Shown here: piece after piece, positions 40,123 to 40,649 of the stretch
Numbering within the stretch: position 1 is the stretch's first letter
How the letters are laid out: each line of letters starts with the position of its first letter
From: Guillardia theta CCMP2712
Taxonomy: Eukaryota; Protista; Cryptophyta
Length of the DNA stretch: 40,649 bases
Direction of reading: 5' to 3'
Assembly (NCBI RefSeq): GCF_000315625.1
Contig: NW_005434562.1
Location: 125,742 to 166,390, forward strand
Position numbers and translations under genes: made by a program
Notes under the pieces: model-generated
Told to the model about the DNA's origin: nothing
Seen by the model: the letters and a program-made list of their open reading frames with translations, nothing else
Databases searched by the model: none

Positions 40123-40270
40123 CTTTTCAGATCTCAAAGAAATTCATCTTGGGCCGGGCCGGAAACCTCACCAAACACATTTCACACAGTCACCTCCGCG
40201 ATCCCGGCCTCAACGTTCACCCCCCCACTCCAAGCTCTGCGTATCTACACCACGCAGTATCCTCAAGCCG
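40123..40270 (+). repeat. Second, truncated copy of the 33477-33620 dispersed repeat
   Basis: 40232-40270 matches 33581-33619 at 38/39 positions; the upstream ~110 nt are loosely similar, including a GGGCCGG box. Confidence 0.85.
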
Positions 40271-40649
40271 TGGTGGAGGAGGAGGAGGAGGAGGAGTATG
40301 TCCCATGGAGACCGAGTCTATCACGTCAAGAAGATCCTTTGCTGCCCTGCAAGTCTGTCAAGCTTGACTTCCTCGCTCCCTCCTTTCTCACTTGTCAACG
40401 GTGAAGAGTTTCTCCGGTTTGACGCGTGCCTGGCAGGGCTATGAGACTCTTATCCTCCTGCTGACGTCTTCGTTTCCCCCCTAACTCTTCCTCCTTCCTC
40501 CTTCCTTCCTGCTGTCATCTCCCCCCCCCTTTCCATGGCCTTCCACTCTCCCCCTGCCCTCCCCCTTGCTCCCCTTCTCAACCTGGAATGGCTTCGAGAG
40601 TTCCGTGGCGACGGTTCCAGGATGCAGAGCAATGGCGGCGCATCCCTTG

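Noticed and set aside
40450-40649. Possible exon at the right edge
   Set aside because: Too short, with no motif to assign strand or product.

Overview
This is eukaryotic nuclear DNA from a draft assembly with three N-gaps (17880-17979, 26360-27350, 39991-40090). Short GT-AG introns, long (GAG)n/(GAGCAG)n/(CAT)n microsatellites and bipartite-type targeting peptides fit a secondary-plastid alga, probably a cryptophyte such as Guillardia theta (inference). Most of the supplied ORF track is repeat or antisense noise, so I spliced the genes by hand. Genes found: (1) a large minus-strand C2-SAM-C2-EF-hand-ankyrin protein ending in a caspase/metacaspase-fold domain, which runs off the left edge; (2) a secreted Cys-rich, GPI-like protein; (3) a small ankyrin protein; (4) an Mx-like dynamin GTPase with a ~110-aa beta-rich insertion in its stalk; (5) a frameshifted parallel beta-helix gene fragment; (6) a signal-peptide Kelch protein; (7) a lipase maturation factor (LMF) protein; (8) a G-patch/R3H/G-patch protein; (9) a CBM20-TPS-TPP trehalose-phosphate synthase-like protein with a degenerate synthase site; (10) an RRM protein; (11) a plastid-targeted serine acetyltransferase. 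The window also holds a Ty3/gypsy-like integrase remnant in two copies and several recurring intergenic motifs. The most interesting items are the caspase-fold multidomain protein, which keeps the catalytic His but has Ser in place of the Cys, and the Mx-like GTPase. All domain calls come from motif recognition by eye; no database searches were run.
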